From assembly GCA_053919585.1 (NCBI GenBank), contig CM132801.1: 64,000 nucleotides of DNA; one strand, 5' to 3'. Under the pieces are notes generated by a model. The model saw only the letters and a list, made by a program, of their open reading frames with translations, was not told the origin of the DNA and did no database searches. How positions within the stretch are numbered: the stretch's first letter is position 1; every line of letters begins with the position of its first letter. The position numbers and the translations under genes are program-made. This DNA is from Euprymna scolopes. Taxonomy: Eukaryota. Shown in pieces: positions 51,856-64,000 of the stretch.

Positions 51856-52199
51856 ATGATATCGTCACCACTACCATCGTCGTCGTTATCGTTCTCAGCT
51901 TCCTTTCTGTTTTTGTCACCATCATTATCATTATCATCATTATTATCGTCGTCGTTCTCAGCGTCGTCGTCATCATCCTCATCATCATTATCATCATCGT
52001 TGTTGTCGTCACCGTCGTCGTCGTCGTCGTCATCAGCGTCCCCCCTTTCTCGGTGTAAGGATGTGTTTCCATTTAGAAAGCCGTTTTTAACACGTAGAAA
52101 AGGTTTCACGTTGACATAACGTACTGAAACTCATTTACTGTTTGAAAATGTTTTTTTTTTCTTGATCTAATGAAATTCACGTGTCTCCTGATATCTGAT

Positions 52200-52248
<49 letters not shown>

Positions 52249-54089
52249 CCACCTTATTGGGGGGGGGTATTTTCCTCTACTCCAACATCCTCACTTGTAT
52301 TTTTTATCATTTTTCTCTGCTGTTTCTTAAAGGTTTCAAAATATTTCTTGTTATTAAAACACAAACAAACAAATAAATCAATCAAGCATATGTTTTCTTT
52401 TTATTGCAAAAATCCGCGGCCGATTGAGAGATTGAAGTCATTTTTCATGTCTCGCTCCGCCGACCAGAGATGACAATATCCTTCCACATTTAAGGCTCCT
52501 TTGAGTAAAATAAACTTTCGACCAGGGGGGGTGAAGACACTCGGTCACCAAGAAAACAGATAAATCATTTTTATTCCGCATATCAATAAGACTTAACACA
52601 TTAACCATCATCTTAAGAACGCGCGAAATTCTAATGTGAACGTAAAATAAAAGTCTTCAAGGACCTTAATGTATAATTTATTAAGTTTTAAATGAAGTCA
52701 CGCATTTCTATATAAAAAAGGAGATTAAATGACTATTCGATAACATCCTCTAGTGTCTTCAGTTTCTCTGTACAGTGGGGTTTTTTCACGCCAATGTGAG
52801 GAATTGCGCTAACTAAATATTCAAAATAGTGCAGTATTCAAGCGAAAAATAGGATCCCCTCGATGTGCCTACACACATGCAGAGAATGGTGTACCTTCTC
52901 CTATTGTTGTTATCTCAAGTAACAGCATTTAGCAGGATACTCCACTAAACCAAGTGAATAATTGTCCTGGACTCCGGCAAGACCAAGAAAAACTACAATA
53001 TATATAAACTATAACATAAGTAAATAGTGAATTTGGAAGAGAAGAATTGGTATATTAACGCAACGTTTTAGACGTTTTTAGCCTTTGGAAAAACAAAACA
53101 TATCACACACACACACACACAAACAAAAATCACAAATGTATATATTTTTAATAAAACGCTGAGAAATGATTAAGTAGGTTTAACCCCATAGAGAGAATGT
53201 GGTACTGTGGTCAAGAGTAATATTCCAAAGTTCCAAATTACCATAGTTACAAAGACCCTGCACCCTCACCTCCCCAAACTTCTTGCAGGGCCTTGTGCCT
53301 AAGTTGGCTTTTGTTTGTGAAATTTTACTTTTAATTATAAAGAATTGATTGTAACATTTGTAAAACCAGAATAAACTATATAAACAAGATCAAAGTGTAG
53401 TGTCTGTTCTGATGCTTCACTTAATCAATTGGTCCTTGGTCAATGTATGGGGAAACCCTTCATACCGAGACAATTACTATTTATTTGGACACTGCCAGAG
53501 TGCCCCCTTTTTGGGGGAGTTGGTTTTCCCCCACATTAAAAAACGACCTTTTGTCCAATTTGCTTTTGTGGGGAAACAAATAAATACCATCTGTTTTTCA
53601 GATGCTACACTTCAGTTTTTTGTTCTCTGTCGATGGAGGATAGATCCTTCACGACTGAGACCATTTTTATTTTTGTTCCTTTTCTCCATGTTACAAACGA
53701 CCCTGGTGTCTAACTCTGTCCCGTGGGGAGACATTGTAAATAGGAACTCCCCGTTTTAGAGATAGAGACATATTAATTGAACACTCAGATATGTATGTAT
53801 CTCATATAAAAATCAAGTGTTAGTTACATCTATGGGTGTTACGAGTTGTTTATCCGTAACGTTGTTGTTACATTTTAACACGTACCGACGTTGTGCATGA
53901 AATTCTCGCAAATAAACAACGGAAACAAATTCAACACGAGTTTGTTTTTTCGGTTGAAAGAGAATACATTTATTACCGGTTGTCTCCACATCAAGCCGCC
54001 TGACACGTATTTTCCAAGCTAGCGACAATTAAGTCGCATTCCTTTTTTCCCCCCTCGGAGCTAATTCACAGTTTCTTATTCTGCAGTTA

Positions 54090-55390
54090 CGATGGGTGTG
54101 CAATAAGTAATGTCCCTGGCCCACTTCCATTTGTCTGATCTAGCTGAAATTTTGCATGTGCAATGATTTATATCTCTACGAGTTATGTGGCAAATTACAG
54201 CTCTGAACTTATTGTGGTTTCTGTTTTACAGGTGTTTGAACTGAGTCAGGTGTGAAATGGAGCCTGTTGAATGCTGAGCAGTGATCCGGGTTTTGTATTT
54301 GAAAGGATGCACACCACAGGAGACGTTTGATGAAATGAAAGAAGCTTATGGTGATAATGCCCCATCATATGACCTTGTAAAACGCTGGCATCGTGAATTC
54401 AAACATGGCCGGAAGTCTGTGGAAACAGCTCCCATACCTGGTTGCCCCCCTTCTGCCATTGATGAGGTATGTCCGTCAAGTTTAGGCTGCCATTTTGGAA
54501 GATCAGCGCATTACTATTCGCCGAATAGCCCAAGATGTCAAGATTAATACAGGGTATGTGGAAACTATCATTCATGACCATTTGCATATGCATAAGGTGT
54601 CTGCCAGATGGATTCCCAGGTTACTCACACTATTCCAGAAGCGAGAACGCGTCGAGTGCTCGAGGATGAATTTGGAGATGTGCCAAGAAGATGAGTCAAA
54701 GTTTTTCAAAAGACTGATTACACAGAGTGAAACCTGGATCCATCACTATAATCCAGAGACCAAAGCCCAGTCAATGCAGTGGAAGCACTTGGACTCACTG
54801 CCTCCAAAGAAGGCAAGGGTGCAGCCCTCCGCTGACAAGGTCATGCTCACAGTTTTTTGGGGATAAGGACGGAGTAGTGATGACAGATTTCCTGGCAAAG
54901 ACTACCACAATTACAGGAGCCTATTAAGAAAATTAAGGGAAACTATCAAAATCAAGAGACGGGGCAAGATCAGCAAAAGTACTCTCCTCCTGCAGGACAA
55001 CGCTCCGGTCCACAACTCGCACGTCGCCAGATCAGAAGCACAGGCGTGTGGTTATGAAATCCTCCCCCATCCTCCCCCATCCTCCCCCATCCTCCCCATC
55101 CTCCCTACCATCCTGACATTGCACCCTCTGACTTTCACCACTTCTCAGCCATGAAGTCGTTTTTGAAAGGAAAGCGTTTCCCAGATGATGCAGCCTTGGT
55201 TTCTGAAGTCACATCGTGGTTGGAGGACTAACCTGTGGTGTTCTTCAAAAACGGTCTCCAGAGCTGCATCAAACGATGGGAGAAATGCATAACTTTGAGT
55301 GTTTCCAATGTCGAGAAAGACTAATAACTGTACCAAGTTTCGTTGCTCTACTACTATGGGAAGTGGGCATTACTTATTGCACGCCCCTCG
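54090..55390 (+). mobile_element. mariner (DD34D) transposon, full length, transposase pseudogene ~54257-55324
   Basis: TA-cgatgggtgtgcaataagtaatg / cattacttattgcacgcccctcg-TA. Motifs WIPRLL, ETWIHHY, QDNAPVH, HPPYHPDIAPSDFH. 10-bp cctcccccat expansion at 55061-55100. Confidence 0.95.
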
Positions 55391-55781
55391 TATAACCAAC
55401 TATTATGCCTGCAATTTGCCTTACGGTATATGGTCGTCCGAAAATCTTGTTATAAAAGTTCGGAGGATAAAAATGAGTGTTGCATCTTGTTTAAAAGTTG
55501 TTGTCGTGCCGCAACGTAGTTACAAAAAAAAACTGCGTTTATTCCTTCCTCTTCCTCCGTTATCGCTGTGACCTGACATTGACGTCACGGCTTGGTCATT
55601 TGCATACTTGTCAATGGCTTCGTTAAATCTATTTGAAGTAGCATTTCAATCGCTAAAAGCGTCGATAGAACATATTCTTTTCTAGAAGTGCCCAAACATT
55701 TAATAGTTGTTGTCGGGCTTAATTTCGAAATCACCATCAAGTGGTGTCCTGCTGTGTTATTGACGGCTATGGCTCTACATA

Positions 55782-55838
<57 letters not shown>

Positions 55839-55849
55839 TCATTATGTTG

Positions 55850-56350
55850 CCATGTATTCAGACTGTCAATGTATATTTCTCGTTATCGTCCTCTGTTTCT
55901 TCTACCCATGATCTTTCCTGTCAAACTAATCTGTTCTATTCCGCTTTTTCTGTAGACATGACCCATGAATCTCATTTGTCTTTTTCGTACTGTTCTTATA
56001 AGAGACCTTTCTGTGTTTGTCATTTCAAATATCTCCTGGTTTGTTTTCTTTTCTGTCCAGGATTTCTTCAAAATTTTCCTCAGAAACCAAGTTTCAGTTA
56101 CCTCTAGTCTTTTCCTCGTACTGTTGGTGAGTGTCTGGACACACTCAAAACCATATAATAGAACAGACCGTACATACGTTCAGAGTATTCTGAATTTGGT
56201 GCCTAATGTTTCTGTTGGTCGTGATTGATAACAATCTTGAAAGTGACTTTGGCTACGACTATGCAACTTTGTATTTCAGTCGTGCCCTTCCATCAAATGT
56301 GATCCAGTATCCCAGATATTTGAATTTGTTCAAGTCACAACCTGCCTTCA
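55850..56350 (-). mobile_element. RTE/RTE-X LINE fragment
   Basis: FKYLG, VLLYGFECV, FLRKILKKSWTEKKTNQEI..RKRQMRFMGHVYR..GKIMGRRNRGR. Confidence 0.85.
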
Positions 56351-57205
56351 ACTGTGTCAAAACTGTCCCAAACTCTTGCAAACTGTTGCAAACTGTCGTA
56401 AACTATCGCAAAACTAACTCTAAAATGCATTGACGTATCTTTTGTATGCCATACCTTAATTAACAATCTTACTTGTTGCTTCTGGTGAAAACATTATTTC
56501 TTCTTATTTTTTTTATATTTTTCTTCTTCTTTACTTCCTAACGCATAGGAGATGTCGACAGTATCACACCCGAATCTATGCGATGAAAACGTCGATAATT
56601 GAAAAAAATACTATTGATCTGTCAAGGCTGAAATTTTACATGGTGTTTTTTTTTTGTTGTTATCAGAGAGTTTTTGCAACAATATCAGAAATTGAAATTC
56701 TGTAACAAAATCAAATTTGACCGTACTTTTCATGGTCAAAGTAAACGCTGGATTTCGTTGGCTAAAATACGAACTATGACGCACAGAACTAAAACTACCG
56801 TCAAAAGTATTGCTTTAACTCTTTTGGACCTTGAACTTTTACATTTGACCTAGATATCTAAAAATTAAATTGGTTCTAAGTAAGATAATAACCGATATTT
56901 TGACCTTGACCTTAATATTTGACCTAGATATTTGAAAATTAAATCGGTTCTAAGTTAGGCAAGAACCAATATTTTGACCAAGTTTAGTAACAATTGATCA
57001 TGCGGACACCAGACTGTCCAGGTTATCCATAAGCAAACAACAAACGTGTATAGTGTTGACACTATACATGTTTGTTGTTCAACGTCCGACGGAAAAACTA
57101 AATACATTGACGGAAGTTTTTAAGTTTTTTAATTAAAAATTAAAAGTGTTTTCGATATTATATATTACAATGCTTTCTATACTTTACTTTGTGCTTTGAA
57201 CTAAT

Positions 57206-57500
57206 ACGTCACTACTTATCAAGGCCGAAGGCCATCAGAGGACGAATTTTTATGAGAAGTAATGATTACAATTTGAAAGATAATAAAGCTTATAAGAGGA
57301 TTAAGTGTAATTGATAGAATGTATTAAGTTTAAGTACATGTGGAGACAGTTTGTGACAGGAATATGTCGACATTGGATTTTAAAACGACCATATCATAAT
57401 TTGTAGCGAAGCAGTCCCGCGGTAATGTGTTTCACAGACGTGAAGACTTTGTGAAAGAATATCTGTATGTGGAAATCTCGCTTGACTAAAATCAAGAAAT
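57206..57500 (-). mobile_element. CR1/Jockey LINE 3' end (diverged)
   Basis: tcactacttatcaaggcc 3' motif shared with the other copies; YSFTKSSRL.N.LPRDCF..NYDMVVLKSNV. Confidence 0.7.
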
Positions 57501-57939
57501 CAGTCAATTTACATAATAAAAAGAAATCTTATAATATTGCTTGCTTTTTTGCACAATGGATGTTTTAGCGATTTAGCTGCATGATACGAAAAATAGCAGT
57601 AGAAGAATAAGTTGTGAGTACAAAACAAAAAATAGTCATAGCTGAAGAAGCAGCGTAAAAAAGAGAGAAAGGGCACGAAGTAAATAAATAAATGATGTAA
57701 ATAAAGAGGACAACACAACAGTAGTAGTAGTAGTTGTAATAGCAGTCGGATAAATTAGATAAACAAATAGCATAAGTCATAAAGTAGAGGAACAACAAAA
57801 TAACATCTTTTCTCTTGTTATTGCGACATGGTTTCTAATAGAGAGGAACCTTCATTGAAGTGTACGTACGTAATACTGTTTGTATGATTATATGGGTTTT
57901 GTTAAGTTTCTAATGAATATTTTTACTATAAATAAAAAT

Positions 57940-59100
57940 CCATTTATATTAACATAAATTATTCAAGTGTAAATAAAAATCAATTAATAGTAATTGAATA
58001 TTGTTTAATAGTAAATACAAATAGGTTATTATTAGTAAATATCGATAATTAGTAAATAAAAATATATTACTAGTGAAAAATCAATTATTAGTAATTAAAA
58101 ATTAAATAATTGTAATGACAAATTAAATATAAATAATTATAAATTAAAAAATGGTAATTAACATTGAATAATGGTAAATAAAACAGCTAAATTATTAAAT
58201 CAACATAGACTAATACTATTTAAAAAATCAATTAATAATATTAACCAATGATAAACATTTAATTTTTAGTTTTGATTTTAATACATTCTAGCACTGTGTT
58301 TATTATTTCAATAAATAATCGTTCATTATAAAATAAAATAAAAGTAATTAATAGTAAATAAAAATAGATTAGTACTGATTAAAATAGATTTGATAGTTCA
58401 TTGAAAAGTTATAATAACGTTATAAAAGGTGATTAAGTAAAATTGATTAATAATTAGTAAATATAAAAAAAACTATTAGTACTAAAAATCGATTAATAGT
58501 AAATAGAAGTCACTTAATAGTTAATAAAAGTATATTTAAAAAATTTAAAAATTTAAAAAATCGACTGAAATAATTAAAAATTTATTATTAGTTAATAAAA
58601 TCGATTGATATTAAAACATTTTAAAAATCGACTGAACTAACGAAAAATTAATTAATAGTTAATAAAATCGATTTATAGTAAATAAATAAAGTTTTTAAAA
58701 TCGGTTTAAAGTTTAAAATATTTCGGTTAACTGTAAAGAAAAGATCAATTAAAAATAACTAAACATCGATTAGTAGTTAGTCAAAATCGTTTAATAGTTA
58801 ATAAAAATCGATTCATAGAAAATAAACATTTGATTAATAGTAAATTAAAGTCGATCAATCAAATCGATTCATAGTAAATTTAAATTTATTAAATTGTTTC
58901 ATAATAAATAAAGAATTAACTATGTGTAAATAGAAAAGGGCAATAAAATATATAAAGAATTCGATTAATAGCAAAGAAAAATTAATTAATACTAGATATA
59001 ACTATTTTTGATAAAATAAAATGCATTAATAGTAAATATAAGATCGATCATTAGTAAATAAAATAGTTAACTATAAAATAAAAAATACAAAATAGACTAA
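57940..59100. repeat. Very AT-rich degenerate minisatellite (~20 bp)
   Basis: Recurrent aaaatcgattaatagtaaat units. Confidence 0.7.
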
Positions 59101-59107
59101 TATATAT

Positions 59108-59155
<48 letters not shown>

Positions 59156-59815
59156 TTAAAGGAGATTAGAACAATAGTCTAAAGAGCAGTGTGTATTTTA
59201 ATGTAAAAGAAAAAGTGCTCGTTGTAATTTAGATATATAATAAGCTCGATAGGTAAATATTCTAGAGCTAATTTAATATTCAGTACTGTGATGGATAATT
59301 TAAAAATACTATATGTAAAAATTATTCTCCGTGGCTTAATGTCTACCACAATAAAAACATTGTTTTCCGAAACGATCGTACAAATTATTGACTTTGTTGT
59401 TGTTCCTTCTTGTGAAACGGATTTTTAATTTAATTCTAATTTGAATTTTAAATTATCAATCACATTAGTGTATATATATATCTATAAACCTATCAACATT
59501 AAATACAAATCGATTAATAAAGACTAAATCGATGAATAGTAAACACTAATACGATTAATATTTAATAACAGCAATGTGTAAACAGTGTAGTTACACAGAT
59601 AAACGAGAAATGTTTGCACAATTTTATCATTCAAGTACCATTATTAGTTTTGTATTTTTTTTTATAAAGCCATCTTTAAATGTCACCAGACGTCTACTTG
59701 AACTATTTTTAATTTTCATCTTGTGTGAAATGAAAAATTGGAATGTTGATGTTGTCTTGGCAACCAATCCGAAAGGAAGATTTGTTTTAACACATAAATA
59801 TGAAATATAAATAAC

Positions 59816-59888
<73 letters not shown>

Positions 59889-60264
59889 TATTTATATTTA
59901 TAAGCTCTAGGAAAATGTTACGGGTCAGTAAATATGGCAGCATAAGACTCATTAATATTTGTCTTTTGCAACTCTTTGTGCGTGTGTGATGCTCTTTGTC
60001 AATGTGCGCGTGTGTTTTTCTTCTTTGTGAAGTATCTAAAACACATAGATGCAATTCCTTCTCTCTATTCGTATGATTGAATTATCTAAAATATTTACAG
60101 GCTGTTTTCCTCATCTTAGTTGCTATAACGTTTCCATTGTTTGACAAATGGCCTCCTGCATGTAGGTGTTGTTTAAGAGTTGCACTACAGCGAATTCTAC
60201 TTAGAGGTTTTGAGTTCGATTCTAATACATATTTTGTAGTATCTATTAAATGTTGTTTATACGT

Positions 60265-60319
60265 TACTAACAGTTCAACCCGGCTTTCCTCGGGCCCTAT
60301 GTACTGCTCATAATTTATG

Positions 60320-60376
<57 letters not shown>

Positions 60377-61600
60377 GTATATATATATAAGGTTGGACCC
60401 GGTAACCTACATCTAAAATTTCAAGTGTTTAGACTCAAAATTGGCGGAGGATTTTGGTAGAGTCTACAAAGGGCATCTCTTTCAATTTGACCTCTTATCA
60501 GCCAAATTTTCGCCCAAAAACTGATTAAAAAGCTTACTGCATATATGAATACCCTTTATGTAAAGTTTCAAATGTTTAGACCAAAAATTGACTGAATAGT
60601 TTGCTAGAAACCGTAAATGTCCGATCTTTTGAACTTTGACCCCTTGGCATCCAAATTTTCGGCTAAAAACAAATTTAAAATGTTGCCCTATGTCTGAATA
60701 CACTATATGTACAATTTCAAATGTTTAGACCCAAAATTGGTTGAGTAATTTGATAGAGACCGCAGAGGTAAATTTCTTTTAACCTTGACCCCAATTTTTA
60801 CCCCTTAACATTTATTGTTTTGAGCTCAAATCAAATTAAAATGTTTGATCCATGCCCAATGTCTAAAATTTCAAATGTTTAGACCCAAAATTGGCGGAGG
60901 AGTTTGGTAGAGTTTTCAACAGTCAAATATGTGAAGTTTGACTCTTTGATAGTCAAATTTCTGGCTGAAAACCGATTGAAAAGATTTTCCCAAATCTCCA
61001 TACCTCTTATGTCAAATCTCGAGTCTCTAGACTGAAAATTGACAGAGTTATTTGGTAGGGAAATGTATACACAAACAGACAGGCAATTTCACTTTTATAC
61101 TTGCAGTTCAGCCCTATGTTCTCTTCATAACTTGCCCTACGTGTGAATACACTTTATGTAAGATTTTAAATGTTTAGACCAAAAATTGTCTGAGTAATTT
61201 CGTAGAGACCGCAGAGGTATTTTATTTTTTATTACTTGGACCCCAATTTTTACCCCTTAACATTTTTTGATCTCAAATCAAATTAAAATGTTTTACACAT
61301 GTTCAAGTAATCTACATCTAAAATCTCAAGTGTTTAGACCCAAAATTGGTGGAAGAATTTGATAGAGTTTCCAAAGGTCAAATCGTTGAAATTTGAACCC
61401 TTGACAGCCAAATTTCTGGCCGAAAACTGATTAAGAAGATTTTCCCAAATATCAATATCCCTTATGACAAATCTCGAGTCTGTAGACTGAAAATTGACAG
61501 AGTAATTTGGTAGGGAAATGTACACACACACACATAAACACACACACACACACATACATACACACACACAGCCAGACATTTTCACTTTTATAGTTATATA
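60265..61600 (+). mobile_element. Helitron-like repeat family A, tandem dimer
   Basis: actaacagttcaacccggctttcctcgggccc head; second unit begins ~61100; both end acac..ttcactttta. Confidence 0.6.
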
Positions 61601-62149
61601 GATAAATAGTATATAAACAAAATTAAACAAAATTAAATAAATATTTAGAAAGTAAAGATAGGTATTTTATGAGGTCATTTTCAAACCCTGAAATAAGAAC
61701 ATAAGACATAGTCAATAGGGTTTGTTTTATTTTGTTTTGTTTTACGGCATTTTCGGATTATTTTTATGTCAAATCTGATAATTTTTTTTAATAAGTTTTT
61801 ATGCTTCAAGTTCTTTCTCTCTTCAAATATTTTTTCATGGTGGTTTTTTTTATTGTTTTGTTTTTTTGTAGAGGGAAGTTGTTTACTCTTTTTACTTTGC
61901 AGAACATAATTGAGATCTGAAAAGAAAAAAAAGTAATATCATGTCTGGTGCATTTTAGATCAGGAAGACAGTATCTTCAGACAACCTGCAATGTTACCAT
62001 CATGTAATTAATAGAATTGTAACGCTTTGTTTAAGATAATTTAAACATTTTTCTCGGAAAAAATATTATGTTGATAATCGAACCAAATAATAACGATGTA
62101 AACATAGAATATGCAATATGAGTCAGGGTAAAAATCATCATGGTAAATA

Positions 62150-62996
62150 CAGGATGGAACAATAAATTTGTCACCCTAAAAAAAAACAACACTGCAGCTT
62201 TATTTTTTAAATTTTATTGAAAAAGTCAATTTAGGTGACTTTATGATGTAACAGAGCTGACTAATCAATGTAGTCGCCGTCAACCTCAATCACCGCCTCG
62301 ATACGGGCCCGGAACTGAGAACATGCCTTCTCGACAAGCTCCGGCAGGCGTATACTCGGCGAATAGCAGTGATCAGGTTGGCTTTGGTATTGTGGGAGGT
62401 CATGTTGGTGATGTTCACGACGGTTCACATCGGGGGAGGAGGGGGACAGTAAGAGAAGGGTACAAAGTCATAACACTTTCTGAAGCCAAGCCTGGGTTTC
62501 TTTAGATTTGTGGGCCAGCGCCGAATCCTGCTGCCACACCCAGGGTCTGCCAGCGACCGCTTGATTGCACCAGGAGATCACCACACTCTTTAGCACATCC
62601 AGTTACACTTTGGTGTTGACTTTCAAGCCGACTTCGAAGATGTGAGATAGAATTTGAAACCACACCAAAGACCATAACCGTGGCTGAAAACTTTTTTCAT
62701 CACTCTGGCCACGTCCCTGTTATTCGTGGTACTCCACCGATGCATCTTGAGGGAGCTAGCAATGGTCCTATTGTCATAACTAGGATTGGTATAGCGCATA
62801 AGTTGTACAAAGAAGCATCTCCGATCTCGCTCATTGAATACTGTGTTACTTTCAGACATGATAGAAGGCTCTTATCGCCTTTCGGATTTGTACAACTAGT
62901 GGATGGTCTTCATCAAATAAAGAAAAACGGATTTCATCAAACGGGAATGGAATCATGTCGTCTTTTCTAAGGCCACAATTTTATCGTTCCACCATG
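62150..62996 (-). mobile_element. maT/DD37D-like transposon, internally deleted
   Basis: TA-flanked imperfect TIRs caggatggaacaataaatttgt / acaattttatcgttccaccatg. Minus strand VMVFGVVS, KVNTKV, QQDSA, ACSQFRARIEAVIEVDGDYID*. Confidence 0.85.
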
Positions 62997-63242
62997 TATT
63001 AGATATATAAATCACTAGCAAGATCGTCCGGGATTCTAATTTCTGTAAATTATTTGTATTACAGAAACAAAAGGAGAAAGACCTCTAAACGATAATTTGT
63101 TTTTAAACTATACATGTGTCTCTGAGAGATCAGTCTGAGTTTGATTTGAGTGTAGTGTTAACAAAACGGTAGCTCGACACTCTCCCATACCCACAAGTGG
63201 GGACCTCAGTGTAGTTTAGTGTAATACATAGTACTAGTGATA

Positions 63243-63335
63243 TATACGACATAATCACGTTAGATCACCAAAATGAATCGATGTTGAGCCTGGATAGTGC
63301 CAAATTGTTGTCCGCTTGCAGTTACAGGTCATCTA
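63243..63335 (+). pseudogene. Degenerate 5S-derived fragment
   Basis: tacgacataatcacgtt..gatcacc..gttgagcctggatagtgc, same start as the other 5S-derived copies. Confidence 0.55.
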
Positions 63336-63472
63336 CGAAGCTACGAAGCCTCGACTGTGTTCACGTGCTATTTTATCGATGTAGATTTATATCGTTTTTA
63401 TTGTTATTTTTCTAACGATAACTTTAATCTATATTAGTTATGCCCTCAGTGAGGTTAACAATACTGGATATA

Positions 63473-64000
63473 CAGTCATGGACAAAATTATGGGGCACCA
63501 ATAATAAAAAGCGAAATTATGATTCAAACTTATATATTAAAAGGTTAAGAATCTATTTTAACAATAATTAATATTTGGCAATTTCTCTTTTTACCTTTGT
63601 AACAGCTTTTATTTGTTTTTTTTTTCATATTATTGACCAAATTGTTGCAGGTGGTTCGATCTATTTTCTGCCACTCTTCGTGAAGTTTGATTTCTAATTG
63701 TTTTTTTTATGAACATTTGTGCATTCTCACTCTTTTCCTTAGATGGGACCACGAAGATTCAAAAGGATTTAGGTTTGGAGATTGAGGGGGCCACTTCATC
63801 ACTGGAGTCCCATTTTTCTCAAGCCAACCCATTGAAACATTTGCATTTTGAAACTTGTTTGAAGATTACATCACTTGGAATGTTATTAAATATTTTAGTG
63901 AAAAAGGTTTAGTAAACCTGGTCCAGCATGTTAGTATAAATTGTGTAGTCCATTCTGCCTTCACATGTGTACAATGTCTGAAGAAACCATAACGCTTCTT
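63473..64000 (-). mobile_element. Tc1-like transposon 3' end (runs off window)
   Basis: TA-cagtcatggacaaaattatggggcacc TIR; minus strand KWPPQSPNLNP. Confidence 0.85.

Overview
AT-rich, microsatellite-laden eukaryotic scaffold with seven N-gaps. It looks invertebrate and mollusc/cephalopod-like, but that is not certain. No intact host protein-coding gene can be supported; most track ORFs are microsatellite or low-complexity artefacts. The window is a graveyard of transposable elements: CR1/Jockey-type LINEs, R4/Dong-type restriction-like-endonuclease (RLE) LINEs, RTE LINEs, Tc1, mariner and maT-type DNA transposons, MITEs, Helitron-like non-autonomous repeats, 5S-derived SINEs, a Gypsy integrase relic and Penelope-like (GIY-YIG) relics. 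The hidden signal is RNA-level. By eye I find about 19 type I hammerhead ribozyme motifs (YTGANGA..stem II..GAAA..stem III..UH), almost all with a palindromic stem III (dimer-type), on both strands. Eight sit in four mutually dissimilar tandem repeats of about 280-430 bp, each combining a tRNA-like Pol III A/B-box head with a hammerhead, i.e. SINE/retrozyme-like units that could yield self-cleaved monomeric or circular RNAs. Most others sit in Penelope pseudo-LTR-like segments, often as inverted pairs, one directly downstream of a GIY-YIG relic. Many individual copies carry substitutions, so activity is untested.
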